NCBI GenBank assembly: GCA_002104945.1
Contig: MCFH01000004.1
Span: 620,001-684,000, forward strand
Source: Piromyces finnis finn
Taxonomy: Eukaryota; Fungi; Neocallimastigomycota
Reading direction: 5' to 3'
DNA: 64,000 nt
A model generated the notes under the pieces. It made no database searches, was not told where the DNA came from, and saw only the letters and a list, made by a program, of their open reading frames with translations. The position numbers and the translations under genes are program-made. Positions 42,001-57,229 of the stretch are shown here, one piece after another; position 1 is the stretch's first letter, and each line of letters starts with the position of its first letter.

Positions 42001-45000
42001 TAGCTTAGTAATAAATTAAAAATTTTATGGGTGCTTAATAAAGTAGGTATTAGTTGATCTAAAAAAAGACTTACGATTCAATCATTCGATTTTAGGTTTC
42101 AATGATTCAAAAAGTTATTCAATTTAATGATAAAAAAAAAAAAAATAAACTTTTGTTGAATTGGATGAAAAGCAAAGTATGAAGTAAAAAAAATCATTAT
42201 CAACAGCAACAACAATAGTAATGAATAATGGATAATAAGTATAAGAAATAATACCAAAGTAAAGATTAACAATAAATCTAAGTAATAAGAATGTCTATTA
42301 AATAGAATAGAATGTTATTTTCACCTAGTTTTTTCTATTTCACTTTTTAAGTAGGATGGATGAAGATGCTGAGTTAATAAATGATTTGGATGAAAATCTT
42401 TTTTTAAATTTGAGATTTTTAAAATTAATTAATTTATATATTAATTCGATTATTGGATGAAAATGAACATAAAATGAATTGATAAACATCCAATAAAATT
42501 AAAGTTGATAATGATCATAAATTTCTTTTTTTTCCAAAAAAAAAAAGATAAAAAAGCAATTAAAATTAATGATAAGAGAAAGGTAAATTAAAAAGGTAAA
42601 AAGAAATATAAAAAGAAAAATAAAGCATTAATATTTATCAAAAAGAAGAGTAGCCATAAATATTAATAAATATTAGTGGAGTAGAGCTCTTATGATCATT
42701 ATTTAGTATTATTATCAGTTTTTTTTTTTTTGAAAAAGAATTTTCTTATTAATAAATAAAGAAAAATTTAATATATGGTCACATGTTTAATATCACATGA
42801 ATTACATTGATCAATGATCTATTTTTTGTGGAGTATTGGTGGATGATCAAAGTAAAAAATAATGAGTAACAATACTTTTTAGTTTTGGCAGCTTCTTTTT
42901 CTATTAAAGAAAATATTTCACCTATTTCACCTACTACTTTTAAAAAATTTCATTTTATTAAATTTGATTTATATTGAAATGGCTTTTTTAAATGTCCTAT
43001 AAAATTATACTTTTACTTTTTTTACTTTTTTAAAAGGGTATATAAATCTTTTTTTTTTTTTTTATATTCTATTTTAGTAGGGTTGATAAAAGTGGTTGAT
43101 TTTATGACTATTTCTTATAAAATTTGTATTGTTAATACCAAAAATTTAATACCCTAAAAAGAAAAAATGGCTACAGTTCATTGGGTTCAAATGACTAATT
43201 TTATAATTATAATATTATTCTTTTTAATAGTACAATGTTTGGTAGATATTTTATAAATGAAAAAAAAAAAAAAAAAAGAGATAATTATAATTTCTAATTT
43301 AAAACTATACTAAAAATTTAGTTTATATTAGTATAACTGTACAAAAAAGTATTTTTTTTTTATCCATAAAAAATAAGAATATATCAAATGATGTTTTGTT
43401 TGTAAAAAGCAAAAAAAGTTAAAAAAGAAATTTTAACTTTATTAAATTAAAATGGTTATTTGGATGAATTCCTTGTCCGCTTCATATAAAGTTTATATAT
43501 TATTAATACTAATAATTTATTATATATATATATATATAAAAGGCTAGTCTTATTTGTGCTTAGATGGTTAGTTTTTTATTTTTATAATTATTATTCTTGA
43601 TAACTACTAAAAGTTATTATAAAACTCGTTAAAAATTCATAATAAACTCGGCCTAATCTCGGATCTTGAGTCAGGGTGATGCATCTTTATTAAACATAGA
43701 TCTATAGTGATAATAAGACGCCTTTTTTTTTTTTTTATAGAAAATAAAGTTATTACAAACATTTTGAATAAATTTTTTCTTGTAAAATACGCAAAAGTAA
43801 TTGTGTGAACCACTTGTAAAAAAAAAAAAAGTAAAAGTTGATACCATTACAATATAGTAATTAATATAGAATGATAGAATGTCATTAAAAAAGATTAAAT
43901 TCAGATTTCTATTACAAAAAAAAAAAATATTAAATATGAAAAAAGATATTTCATATCAAGTTTAGTGGAAATTAAAATATTCGTAAAAACTATATAGGAA
44001 TTAAGCTATTACTATTTTTCTCTTTCAATAGTTGACTTTTACCTTTAGATTAAATAAAATATTAAATATATAATGTAAAAACAACAAAAACTTTTTAATC
44101 CTTATATTTATATTTAATAATTACAATTTTAAATTGGATTTAATTATTATTTTTAATCTTTTTTATATACTATATTTTTTTTTATATGTTATAAAATCCT
44201 TAAACTTTATTTTTTAAGAAATTTTAATAATTTCATCATATTTAAAATACATCCTACTACAATTATATTTAAAAAAATGATGATGATATTATAAATTTGA
44301 TATAGGGATGTTCTTTAAGTTTTCATGGCATAGCAATAATGAAAATGAAAACTAGTATGTTAAAATAGTAATTGAATAATAGGTAATATTTCATAAACAC
44401 TTAAATTATTTGTAATAAATTCATTCATATTTATTAACAATGATTTTATCTCATTATTATTATTAGTTTTAAAAAAGGTTTTGAATTGGGCAGGGATAAA
44501 ACGTTCTATTTCGTATGATGGTACCATCATTCCAGAATTAAAATAAAAAAACTAGTAGAATAAGGATAAAAATAAAAATCAAGTTCATGATTATTTTATT
44601 TTTCATTATCTTTTGTTCTTTCACTAAAATAGGCATTTCTATTATTTCCAACAAATTAAAATGCCTCTTACTTATATTTAATGTTATTATTTTAAATTGT
44701 TTTTACAATTATACTTTTATTTCTACTTTTTTTTTATATACTATTTAGTTTTCATAAGGTATCATTTAATTTTAAATTAATCAACTCAACCACCTTTTTT
44801 TTTTTATTAGTATATCTATATAACATTAAATAAAAAATTTAAAATATAATTAGATTAGTAGGATAGTTTTTCCTAATTCTAATTCTATTTATATTTTGAA
44901 TATGATTCTCTATCCAAATTTATCCTATGGCATAATTACAATAATAAGACATACACAATAACCTTACGACCTCTTATAAATTTTATCTAATATTTCATGA

Positions 45001-45358
45001 TTGGAATACGAGCCTATCTAACAGAACCATCCAATTCATAATAAAATCTACAAGTAAAGATGATGAAGCGCTTGTAAATGACAACCATGAGAACTGAAAA
45101 AAGCTTTTTTAAAAAAAAACAGCTAATAACTTTGAAAATGATATATATTTATTTGCGAGGATGGTCGTCAGAAAAATTTTTTTGACGTGGAAGAAATGGG
45201 AAAAATACGATTAGTCTGAAAACTATAAAAATACAGATGATACAATAAATAATAAAACAGTTCATTATTCAAAGCTTTATTGATATATAACTATTTTTTT
45301 TATAAAAGTTGAAAACATAATAAGCAACTAAATGGACATTAAAAAATAGATTAAACTT

Positions 45359-45422
45359 GTATCAAGTGCATTTCAAGAATTTAATTTTTTTCTAAGGAAG
45401 TATCAAGTGCATTTCAAGAATT
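45359..45422. repeat. 23-bp direct repeat, period 41
   Basis: GTATCAAGTGCATTTCAAGAATT at 45359-45381 and 45400-45422. Confidence 0.9.
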
Positions 45423-48400
45423 AGAAAAAAAATTTTTTTTTTTTTTATTTTTCTCTAGGAAAAAACAGATTTTAAGTACATCCTATTACAATTAAATTAC
45501 AAAATAATGCTAATATCACTTCCGTATATGGTTATTACTGTGATATAAGTTCAATTTTATAAAAGAGTTATATAAAAAATAATATTAATGATAATGTAAA
45601 TAGTTGTAGAACGGTACATTAAAAGTATCTAATCAATGTTTTGTGATATATAAAAAAATAAAACTAAATGTGCTATTGTACCAATTTATATATTTTATAT
45701 ATATAGATGAATGAAAATAAATAAATATAAAAATCTGTTAACTGCTCATAAAATTTATATATATATATAATATATTTTTTTATAATTTGATTTGTTAATT
45801 ATGTTAAAGAAAAATGATAAAAAAAGGAAAAATATTTTTTTTTTTAAATCTAAAAATAAATATTAGTACTTCTTTTTAAAAGAATACTAGTATAACATAA
45901 TAAAATAAAATGAAAAAACCATTATAAAAGTTGAAAAAAAAAAAAAGATTTCTTTTTTATTATTTATCTATATATGTCATTGTTTATTCATTCATAATAA
46001 TTTACATACTTTCTTGAAATATTAAATTTTCTTTTTTTATTATGTAATTATAATATCTATCTATGTATAATTTAAAGTTTCTTGTTTTAATTAAAATATC
46101 ATATTTAAATTCAAATAGGAAAAGGTTCAGTGAAAAATTGTGATTATTTAAATTTTTTAAAAGAGGTATTAACTTGCTTTAAATGAGCTTTAATTTTATA
46201 TTGTTTTTGGACTGTCTTAGTATTTATACTATTTTACAATTATTATTTCTCCTATCATAATAACATATGACTTTTCTCTTTTTAATATTCATATAAATAT
46301 ATTATATTAATTATAATAAAATATTAATTATTATCTATTTCTAGTATATCTATACATTATATATAAAATCTTACTACATTACATGTACAATGCTATATTT
46401 CTTATTTAATTCTTACTGTATTTATATTTTATTATTGTTTTACATTAAATAACTTTATATTGAATACCACCATTATGACTAAAAAAAAAGTACTTTTTTA
46501 TATTCAAAAAAAAAAAAAAAAAAAAAAAACTTTAAAACTGAAAAAAAATAAAAGGTTAAAAAAAGCATTTTTTTCTATGTTAATTTTATTATAAGCATTA
46601 TAAGCATTTACTATTTTATCAGGATAATAAATTTTTTATATCAAATTTATGTATATAATATATAATATCTAAAAAAGAATTACCAAGAAGATATCATACT
46701 TAAAAAATAATATATATATTTAAATTAATAAAAAAAGAATAATTTATTTTAATATAATAATTATTATAATGTGTTAAGTTTTTTTTTTTTTTTTAATATC
46801 TATTTTGATTGATTTTAATATGACTTATTCATAATAACATATTCTTATCCTATAATTTAAAGTTGATAAATGTTGAAAGGTTAACAAACCATATATTAAC
46901 TTTAAAATAAACTTTATCTATTAGTAGTAAATTAACATTACTTGAGTTACTTATCCTTTTCATTGTCTTTTTATTAAATTGTGTTTTTTTTTTTTTACAA
47001 ATATTATAGATTATACTTTTATTTTAATAAGGATAAAATAGTTAATTATATATTAGAATAAAATTATATTCTTTTTTTTTTGTTAAACTATTGTTATTCC
47101 TATTATATTTTATTAAAAATTAAACTTTAACTCAAAGGCTTCATTTACTATGGAAACTTTAACATTTAACATGTTAAGTTTTTTTTTTCTTTTAAATTTT
47201 TTAAAAAATATCATGATTTTTATTATAATAAGATGAAATATTAAATAACACTTTTTTTTTTATTCTACATTTATTAAATAATTGATATCTATTCAATATC
47301 TCATTCCTTTTTTTTTTTTTTACTTTACGTAATAAAAAACTCTATTTTATTCTACTTTTTCTTTTTGTATTTAGAAAGTATCTTTTTTTTTTTTTAGAAA
47401 TTTCCTTTTTGTGGATGAACCTACTCAAGATCTACGCCACAAATGTTGATTTTGATTTAAATTAAAAAAATTTAATAAACTCAAATTTTTTTCTATAAAA
47501 GGAAATAAGATATTTTATTTAAATTCAATAAATTTTTTATTAAATATAGTCATATTAAAAAAAAAAATAGAAAGTAAAAAAAAAAGGTAGTGGAAAGAAA
47601 GAAACATTACAATGAATGAATGAATGAAAAACAATTCTAATTGCAAATAAAAATAGTCATTATTAAGAATAATAAATGTAATCTCCTTCTTTTAATATTT
47701 ACATATAATATTTATTATTTGTCTTTTTTTTTTTTTTTTGATACTTTTATATTTTAATTCACCCCAAATTTTTTTTTTTTAGGACATTATTATTTATAAT
47801 TAATAAATGATATACTTTTATAATTATATAGTTTTTTTTTTCATTAAAAAAAAAAAGGTATTTATTTTTAAATGTTAATTTTATTTAAAGTTGAATAATA
47901 ATTTAAAATATAATTGTTTATTCTAGTTAGATAGATAGTTGTTTTTCATTTGTATTAAATATTTTATTCCATTTTCATTTTTTTTCTTTTTCATGCGATT
48001 ATTATTAGTTTAAATAATGACATAACATGCGCATTGTTATGTCTTATAAACATTATAATTCCTTTTTTTTTTATATCAATGATACTTTTCAATGTTTTTT
48101 AAATAATAAAATTCAATTTATTACTATTCTTATTTTATTAATTAATTATTAATATTTACATTTTTGTCTATTAAACTTTATTTCATTTTAAAATTTAATT
48201 TGTTATTTTTAGTATATTATATATTTAATTATTATTTATTATTTATTTATTATTTAATACCTACATAAATAATAAAAAGTAATTTTTTTTTTTCTATTTT
48301 GTTTTTATTTAGTTTGGTGTAAAAAATAAATAAATAAAAAGAAAAATCTTTTAAGGATAAAATCAACCTTTTTATTTTTATCATACAATAAAAAGAAAGA

Positions 48401-49569
48401 TTCTATAAAAAAAGTAAAACACCAACCAGTGATATAAAAAATAAACAAACATAATATAATAATAAAAAAGGAATTAATAATACCTTTTTAGAAACATTTA
48501 AGAAGAAAAGTAAAAAAAAAAAACAATATAAATTTTACAATAAAAAAAAAAAAGGAAAACAATAAAAAGTAATTATTATTTTTAACTATTTTTCTAAAAA
48601 TAATATAAATAAAGAGGAAGTTTTATAAATATATAAACATATACAATTTCAAAAAAAAAAAAGTGTTTATGTTTTTATTATAAATGTAAAAATTTTTGAA
48701 TAATAAACACGAATATTAAAGTAAACAAAAATGTTAAATAAAATATTCCTTTAATTAACCTCAAAAACAAACAAACAAACAAACAAATAAAAAAAATATA
48801 TATTGATTAGAGTATAAATAAAAGTTTTATTATTAAAAAAATAGACCTTCAGGATGCTAAGAATAAAATAATAATCTCAACTTTTTTTTGTTTATTGGAA
48901 ATATATTTGTTATAATAATAAATAATGTTTTTTTTATATTAAAATCTTAAATGTATTATCATTCAACGTTAACAAAAAAAAAAAGTGGTTCAAAAAGAAA
49001 TGTAAACAAATATTAATAATATTCATTTTCAAAAAAAAAAAAAAAAAGATTATAAAAATGATATTTTTTTATATTATATTAATATATTGAAATAGATTTT
49101 AATAATATGCCATACATTATATTATTATTTTAAAGAAAACAAGATCAAAAATATATATAAAACAATTCGCATTATTAAATATGCCAAATTTTAATACCAA
49201 AAATCAATATTTAAATATAAATATTTTGATACCTATGTTAAACTCTTTTTTTTTTTTTTTTTACAAACCAATACATATATTGATAATTTTTATAGTTAAA
49301 ATAAAAACTTTAGTAAACAAACAGACAAACAAACAAAAAAGCATTAAATTTATTAATATTTAATATTACTCATTAAATAAAAAAGTAGCATTTTTATTTA
49401 TTGTTTAAAAAAAAAAAAGTATAAATTTAATTGAATCTGACTCTCCTCTAAAAATAAAAGTTTTTTTTTTTTATAAAAAAGTACATAAATGAAAACTGTT
49501 TTTATTTGAAATATAATATTAATTATTTTTATTGTTTTATTTCTTTGATATTTTTTATTTTTTTAAAAG

Positions 49570-51549
49570 ATGAGTACTACTGCTGAAGAAGTTAAGAAGG
49601 TTGAAGCTGAATCCCCAACTGTTGATCCAGAAAACAAGGATGAAGCTAACAGTTCTGAAGATGATACTGATAACAAAGTTGTTTTATCTGATGAACCAAA
49701 AAGTATTATTATGGGTATTATAGCTCAACTTCGTAAAGGTGCTGATTTACATCGTGTTACCTTACCAACTTTCGTTCTTGAACCAAGAAGTATGACTGAA
49801 AGAATTACTGATTTCTTAAGACATCCAGATATTTTAATTAAGTATGTATAGGATAAATAAGTGTGAAATATAACAATAATACAATAGAATTAAAATTACG
49901 CAAGTAAAGAAATGGAATTATTAATAGGATATTGTTGTTTCTTTATTTTTTTTTATTTGAACTGCGTATTACTTTTTATTTTTTTTTTTTTTTAAAAAAA
50001 AAAGAATTACAACTATTGATGATCCAATTGATCGTTTTGTTGAAGTTGTTAAGTATTTCTTAGCTGGTTGGCATATTATGCCAAAGGTAAAAATAAATAT
50101 ATCATGTATTATAGATAGAATAAATTTATTATTTTCCTTTTTTTTTTTTTTATTTAGAAAATAATATATTTTATTTATGCGATGATAATTAAGAGTTAAT
50201 TAATTTATCATTAATGGTTATAATATTGCTAATGATAAACTCATTTTATGCTATTTAAATTTTATTGGCATTAATTAAAATTTGAAATTATCTAGGGTGT
50301 TAAGAAACCATATAACCCAGTTCTTGGTGAAATTTTCCGTTGTAAATTTAAGCATCCAGATGGTTCTGAAGCTTTCTATGTATGTGAACAAACTAGTCAT
50401 CATCCACCAATGTCATCCTTCTTCTACTCCGTTCCACAACACGGTATTAAGGTTAATGGTGAATTAAAGCCAAAGGCTAAATTCTTAGGTAATAGTGCTG
50501 CTACCATTATGCAAGGTACTCACAGTGTATACATAACCAAGTTTGATGAAACTTATTTAATTCCAATGCCAAATGTTTATGCAAGAGGTATTTTAATTGG
50601 TACTATGTTTATGGAATATGGTGATACCGTTACAATTAAATGTCCAAAGAATGATTTAACTGCCACAATTGAATTTAAGACCAAGGTATTCATCTTTTTT
50701 ATAATGATGACAACATCTATTGATGCTTCGAGTTTCAAAGATGTCTTTTTAAACCATAGATATAAACTAAAAAATTTTTGAGTGAATTTAACGATACTAA
50801 TATACATATATACTCTTCAACTATTAATTTTATTTTTATGAAAACTAAAAAAATTTAGGGATTCTTTGGTGGTGGTTACAACAACATTTCTGGTAAGATT
50901 TTAAAGGGAAAAGAAGTTTTATACCAATTATCTGGTAAATGGAGTAGTGTTATGTACATTAAGAAGCCAAAAGATAAGGAAAAGACTTTATTCATTGATA
51001 TTAGAAATGAAGAATTAACTCCATTACTTGTTGAACCAAATGAAAAGCAAGAAGAATTTGAAGCCAGAAGATTATGGGAAGAAGTTACTGTTGGTTTAAC
51101 CAAGAAGGGATTAGATTATGCCACTGAAAAGAAGACTGCTATTGAAGATAATCAACGTTTATTAGTTAAGAAGAGAGCCGATGAAGGTGTTGAATGGAAA
51201 CCAAGATTCTTTGTTCCAAGTGATGATGGTATTCACTCCTTTATCTCACCATTGGATAAGTACGTATCCATGTATAAAATTGTTAAGATTATGATTTTTA
51301 TGAAGAAATACCCCCATAGCCTTTTTTTAATGAAAAAAAAAAAAACATTTTTGTATGGTGGATTATTAATTTATTTATTTTAAAACTACTCTTATTATAT
51401 ATTATAGGGTTACCTATGAAGATCCAGTTGCTGCTCAAAAGACTATTGTCGATGCTATCTTCTCAGAACCAACAGAAGACATATATAAGAAATTCTGGTT
51501 AACCGAAGAAGAAGCAAAGAATGTTCATTTAGACGAAAAGAAAAAATAA
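49570..51549 (+). CDS. OSH6: Oxysterol-binding-protein family lipid exchanger, Osh6/Osh7 (ORP5/8) subfamily
   Basis: Five exons. QLRKGADLHRVTLPTFVLEPRSM lid region, KKPYNPVLGE, EQTSHHPP fingerprint, KPRFF. OSH6 versus OSH7 cannot be distinguished. Confidence 0.88.
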
Positions 51550-54500
51550 ATGAAAAATTGAAAATGGGATGCTAAAATACAACCAACCAATAAAAAAAAA
51601 AAAACTTAAAAAATATTATCAACTTGACTTTAAAGACCTATTACTTAATACCTGCCTATGACAAAAATCTACACCATTCATTTCTAATAGTAATAATAAA
51701 AAAAAAAAATAGTATTTTTTATCCTACAACTTTTTTTTTTTTTTTTATCAACGATTATTACTTTCTATTTTTTTTATAAAAAAAAAGAAAAGAAAAACAT
51801 TTTATCCTTCAATACTATTTTTATTTTCTTTTAATAATTATTATTATAAAAAAAAAGAAAAGAAAATTTTTTGTGATGATGGTATAATCTCTTTTTTTTT
51901 TTTTTTTAAAACAAAAAAGATGAAAAAGAAAGAAAGAAAGAAAAAAAAAAAAAAAAAAAGATATTTTTAAATTTTTTTTAAAATTATAAAGTTAAACCAA
52001 GTGACATTTCATTTTCCTATATTTTTTCTTTTATATATATATAAATAAATAATTATATAATATTATATTTTTTTTTTTTTATGTATAAAGAATTCAACAA
52101 CAACAATAATAAAAAAAATAAAAGATAAAAAATAATAATAACAATAAAAAATAAAAAATAAAAAATAAAAATAATAATAATAATAATAAAAAAAAAAAAA
52201 ATTATCATCCAAAAGCAATAAGAGAATGTATATGAATTTTTCCTTTCTAAACTATTTTTAAAATGGTTTTCTACCCAGACCAACTAATAGTTTTTTTTTT
52301 TTGGTACTTTTCTTATAAAAAAAAAAAAAAAATTCAATCGTGATCATTCAAAGCAAATTTACAAATTGTTTATTAGAATAATATTTTTTGTTCCAGATTT
52401 TATTAGGCCGACCGATCATGATTTGAATTTTTGTGGAAAAGGAAGGAATACCTTAGCTTTGATTCCTTTTAATTCGTAGAGAAATTTATCCGAAAAGAAA
52501 ATATCTTTACCTATCTAGCTTTATTTTCATTTTAAGAACGTTTAGGATTACAAATTCAACAATTTTGAGATTTATGGTGAGAACTCTTTTAATTCTTTTA
52601 TACAAATCTGGACATTACTTTGAAAAAAAAAAAAAAGTATATCCATTTTTCATGGACAACTCTCTTCAAAAAAAAAAAAGAAAAGTTCTTCAATACAGAT
52701 CGGGAGGTATGGTAAGAATGTTTAATATCCCCAATACTATTCAATTTATTTTAACCATGATATTTAATATCAAATACGAAAAAATAGGGTTAAAGGTTAA
52801 AAAAAAAAAACCATACCTTAATGAAGTATTAAAAATGAGTCGGTGAATAGTTCAAAATGAAATGTCCACCTTTGATATTAACAAATATACCATATTATAG
52901 GTATTATAAGGAACTATATTATGATCTAATTTATTTTTGTATATAATTATTTTATTGATATAAAAATAATAAAAAAAATATTAAAAGAAAAAACAACTAG
53001 TATTCGATCGCTTAAAAAAAAAAAAAGCGTTTAAATAATAGTATTATTTAAGAACAACATTGCATGAAAGATATTCCAAATAAAGTCCTATTTTATGCCT
53101 TCAACACATTAATTTATTCTCATATGAATAATTTGTCACATATCACATGATTAAATCAAACCTTTGTTGTAGATAGAGGATAGTACAATTCATTTTTAAT
53201 TAAAAATTTGTATCATTATTTTAAATTCAAATAAATATATTATTAGTAAACTATAATATATGTTTTTTTAATATAGGCTAAATTTATTTTATTTTAATTG
53301 AACACAAAAGCATTCTATATTTTTTTTAATTAATACAAATAAAGATTTTTTGTTTTAAAAAAAAAAAGAAACATTTTTTGACATTCGATTATCCTTTTCT
53401 ATATTCACAACGCTTTTTTATGATTAAGGTTTAAAAAGAAAAAAAACTTTTTTTTTTATCTAAATAAAAACTAAACAGATAAAGTTTGAAGTAATCTACA
53501 ATTTTTTTTTTCTTTCCATCTTGACACACACACACACATCCGAGTCCATTTTTTATAATCTTTGATCTAATCAAAAAAAAAAAAAAAAAAAAAAAAATAT
53601 TATTTACACTTTTTAATTAATATTATTCATAAACATTTATTTCTTTGTTATTTAAATTGAATGGCATTGAATTTGTCTAAAAGTTTATTTCTTTTTTTTT
53701 AATTAATATTAAATGATCTATTTATATTCATGCCATTTATTATCATTATTCATTTAATTATAGTTTATTCATTTAAAATCCAAAACTTTTACATATTCCT
53801 TCCTTTAAACCTCCATTTTTACCTATTCATTTCTTTATTTTTTTGGTTAAAATAACCTTGCATTGACTTTTTTTGTGTTATCCTTGTTTTCTGTATTTTT
53901 TTTATTTAATTTTAATTTCATAATGAAATTAATTTTTGATTAAAAAAAATACAGAAATTTGTTTTATTTAAAATTAAATATATTAATATAAATTATCAAT
54001 ATATATTATAATAAATTCATTATATATAATAAATGTATTCAATTTATTTTACTAAAGAAAATTAAATTCTTTTATTTAATATTATAATAATAATAACAAC
54101 AATGATTAATAATAAAAATTAATACCAATAATAAATAAGAATAATTAATAATAATAAGGACTATCCATTAATATAAAAGCAATAGGATAACAATAGGATA
54201 GGGAAGGAAGAAGTATTTTTTTTTATTTCAGTAATAATATACTAATAATTCAATAACTATAACTATAGGTATGAATATATGTAAGGAATAAAACTATTTT
54301 CCATTCATATTTATTAATATTTATTATTAGTATTTTCTTTATTGGTAGATATTCATTCTCTTTTAAATTTGAATAATTTCCTACACCTTAGAGAAAGACA
54401 AAGGCAATTAAAAAGCTCCATTCATGCTTTATATACTTTTACCAAGATATGTAATAAAATTGGTTGTTAGAATTAAGGTTTTCTATAAGCATTAGTAGTA

Positions 54501-55446
54501 AAAAAAAAAAAGGATAAATTTAAAGTTTCATATTAAAGTTTTATAAACTATTACATTATTCTATTTATAAAAATAAATATATATATAATGGGACTTTTTG
54601 GAAAATAATAATAATAATTAGAAATAAACTAATAAAACGTAATTGTTATTAGGATTATTTTAATGAATAAGCATTATCTAGTTTTTGATGATCCTTAAAA
54701 AATGATCCTATTTATAATACTTATAAAAGATATATATAAAAGAAAGAAATGGTAGGAATGAAATAAAAAAAAAGACTTTTTATTATTATAATGAAATACA
54801 TATACATACCTTTGAATAAATCTCTTTTCAAGTGAATGATTAGGGTAGCAAAACTATTTATTATTATTATTATTATTATATTAATTCAAAGGCTTTTCTT
54901 TTTTCATTCAGAGTAATTAAACTTATTTTTTATCCTATGTTTTCCCATAAGTAAAAATTATTTCTGGTTAATCTTACCAAGAGAATTCTTTTTTTTTTTT
55001 TTTAAAAAAAAAGCTTTTATATTAAAAATTAATAATATAAATTAAATAGTCAATTTTAATATAGAATTAAATACATTTATATTCAAATAATATTTTAACA
55101 TATATAATAAATTATATACAAAAACACTATACAATATATTATTCAATAGATAAAGAATACAATTTATTTTAGTGTAGAGTTTAACTTAAAAATTTCCATT
55201 TTTATTTTATATTAATTAAAAAAGTTTAATATATTTAAAGTCTAATTATTATTTATTATCATCTATTCTTTATTCATATTCTTATATATATTAATAATAT
55301 ATACTATTTAAATATATAATTAAAAACATTTAAATTATTAAAAATATTATCATCCATAAATTCTAAATCAAATAAAATTTCAAATATCTTTTTATATATA
55401 TAAATAAGAATAAATAAGAATAATAAAAAAAGGCATGCCTTCCAGT

Positions 55447-55478
<32 letters not shown>

Positions 55479-55510
55479 CGTAAAATCAAAGCAATCAAAG
55501 CAATCAAAGC
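55447..55510. repeat. (AAC)11 microsatellite followed by (AATCAAAGC)x3
   Basis: Read directly from the sequence. Confidence 0.9.
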
Positions 55511-56872
55511 AAAAAATCTTTCTTTTATTATTTTTAACAATGTTTTTGTAATATGATGATGGTAGTAACTATCATCAAGAAATGGAATGCTTATTATGTT
55601 AATAAATTCATAGATTTTGTTGTTTTATTTTTTATTTCAAAGGAGTTAAAAAAAAATAGGTTGGGAATTAAAAATAGATTCAGGAAAAAAGTTAGTTTTA
55701 TTGTTGTGCTTTGAAAATAGAATAATATTTTAATTTTTTTTTTATGATTCAATTAATGTTATAACCATGATTAATTGATATTTTTTTTGTTTTTGTTTTT
55801 CTCTTCCTTCTTTCCTATCAAATGCTGCCTTTTTTTTTTTTTTTACCTTTATTTTTGCCAAAAAGAAAAAAAAAATTTCAAACTATAAATTCTATAATCT
55901 CAAAATTTCTTATTATTATTTATAATTCTATTATTATATAATATTTAAAAATATTAATTTATTCTAAATCAAAATATAAATTTTTTTTTTCTTTTTTTAT
56001 ATTAAACTATGATTATATCATAATTAAAAAAAAAAAAAAATTTATCATTTTTTATAATAAAAAAGAATTTTTTTTTTTTTTTTTAATACAAATTTTTTTT
56101 CTTCTTTTGATAATTAGATATTATAAAAGTAGATTAAAGATTAAAAAGTATTAATTTATTTTTTAATAAATAATAATAATAATAAAAAAAAAGTCATATC
56201 ATAAAGTAAATATATATATAAATATACTTTTATTGACAATAATAATTATACCTTTTTATTTGTTTACTTTTATTTTTTTTTTGAATAAAAATATTTATTT
56301 ATTGTTTGAATGAATGTAAAATAATCCATCAAAATAATAATCATACATTGAACTATGGAAAAAATATATATAAAAATATTATCATGAAAAATAAAAGCCT
56401 ATTTATATAAAATAATAGTAAAAAAAAAAGTTTTTTATCCACATAATAAACAAAAGTTATAAATAAATACCTATTATTCTTTTTTTTTTTTTTTCAGTCT
56501 TTTAAATAATTAATAATCAAAATAATAATAATAATAATAAAAGTTAATACTTAAAAATTAATAATAAATCAAGTCAAAAAAAAAAAAAAAAAGTAATTAA
56601 AAGAAAATCACCTAATTAAAATTTGTTTTTGCATAAAGAAAATAAATAAAAAATAAAATCTCAAAATATATAGTCATATATATATATATAAAGAAAAACT
56701 ATAAAACATTTTGTAAAATTGAAAAAAAAAAGTTTTCAAGACCTTTGACAATGGTATACAAAACAACAAAAAAAGCTATATATATTCAATGCCTAAAATA
56801 AATAATATAAACTACAGCAATATATTAAATAGGAGATATAAAATTAATTTTGAAACTTTTTTTTTTTTTACC

Positions 56873-56974
56873 TTAAACTGTTGAAAATATTTTTAATTAA
56901 AGTTAAATAAGATTATCTAAAAATTAAACTGTTGAAAATACTTTTAATTGAAGTTAAATTAGATTATTTAATAA
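56873..56974. repeat. Imperfect 51-bp tandem duplication upstream of VTS1
   Basis: TTAAACTGTTGAAAATA...GTTAAAT.AGATTAT starts at 56873 and 56924. Confidence 0.85.
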
Positions 56975-57229
56975 TAAAAATCTTTTAAAATTTTTTTAAT
57001 ACAGTATACACAAAGTACTAACTATATATATTTTTTTATTGTTTTTATTAATCTATATTTATTTATTATATAAATATTTTCAAAAAAATTTAAACACATA
57101 CATTGACTTAACCACAACAACAACCAATTTTTTTATTTTTAAAATTTAAATCATTTTACAATATTTATTTTAAAAATATATAAAAAAAAAAATGAAAACT
57201 TTTTTTTTTCTTGAAAAATAATCTATTCA

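Noticed and set aside
43645-43715. GC-rich patch starting CTCGGCCT, reminiscent of the U2 snRNA 5' end
   Set aside because: No branch-point recognition sequence (GUGUAGUA) or Sm site; the match is 8 nt.
45060-45097. ATGATGA...CTGA pair resembling a C/D snoRNA
   Set aside because: Only 38 nt, no terminal stem and no rRNA-complementary guide recognised.
48019-48043. 9-bp inverted repeat around TGCGCAT, and similar short hairpins at about 41908-41935 and 42452-42498
   Set aside because: Isolated short palindromes are expected at this base composition; no TSD, CTRR end or second copy seen.
52390-52870. Moderately GC-richer stretch with a 93-aa ORF, possible transposase relic; similar patches at 27860-28110 and 44950-45240
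   Set aside because: No catalytic motif or terminal repeat that I could identify; needs a repeat-library search.
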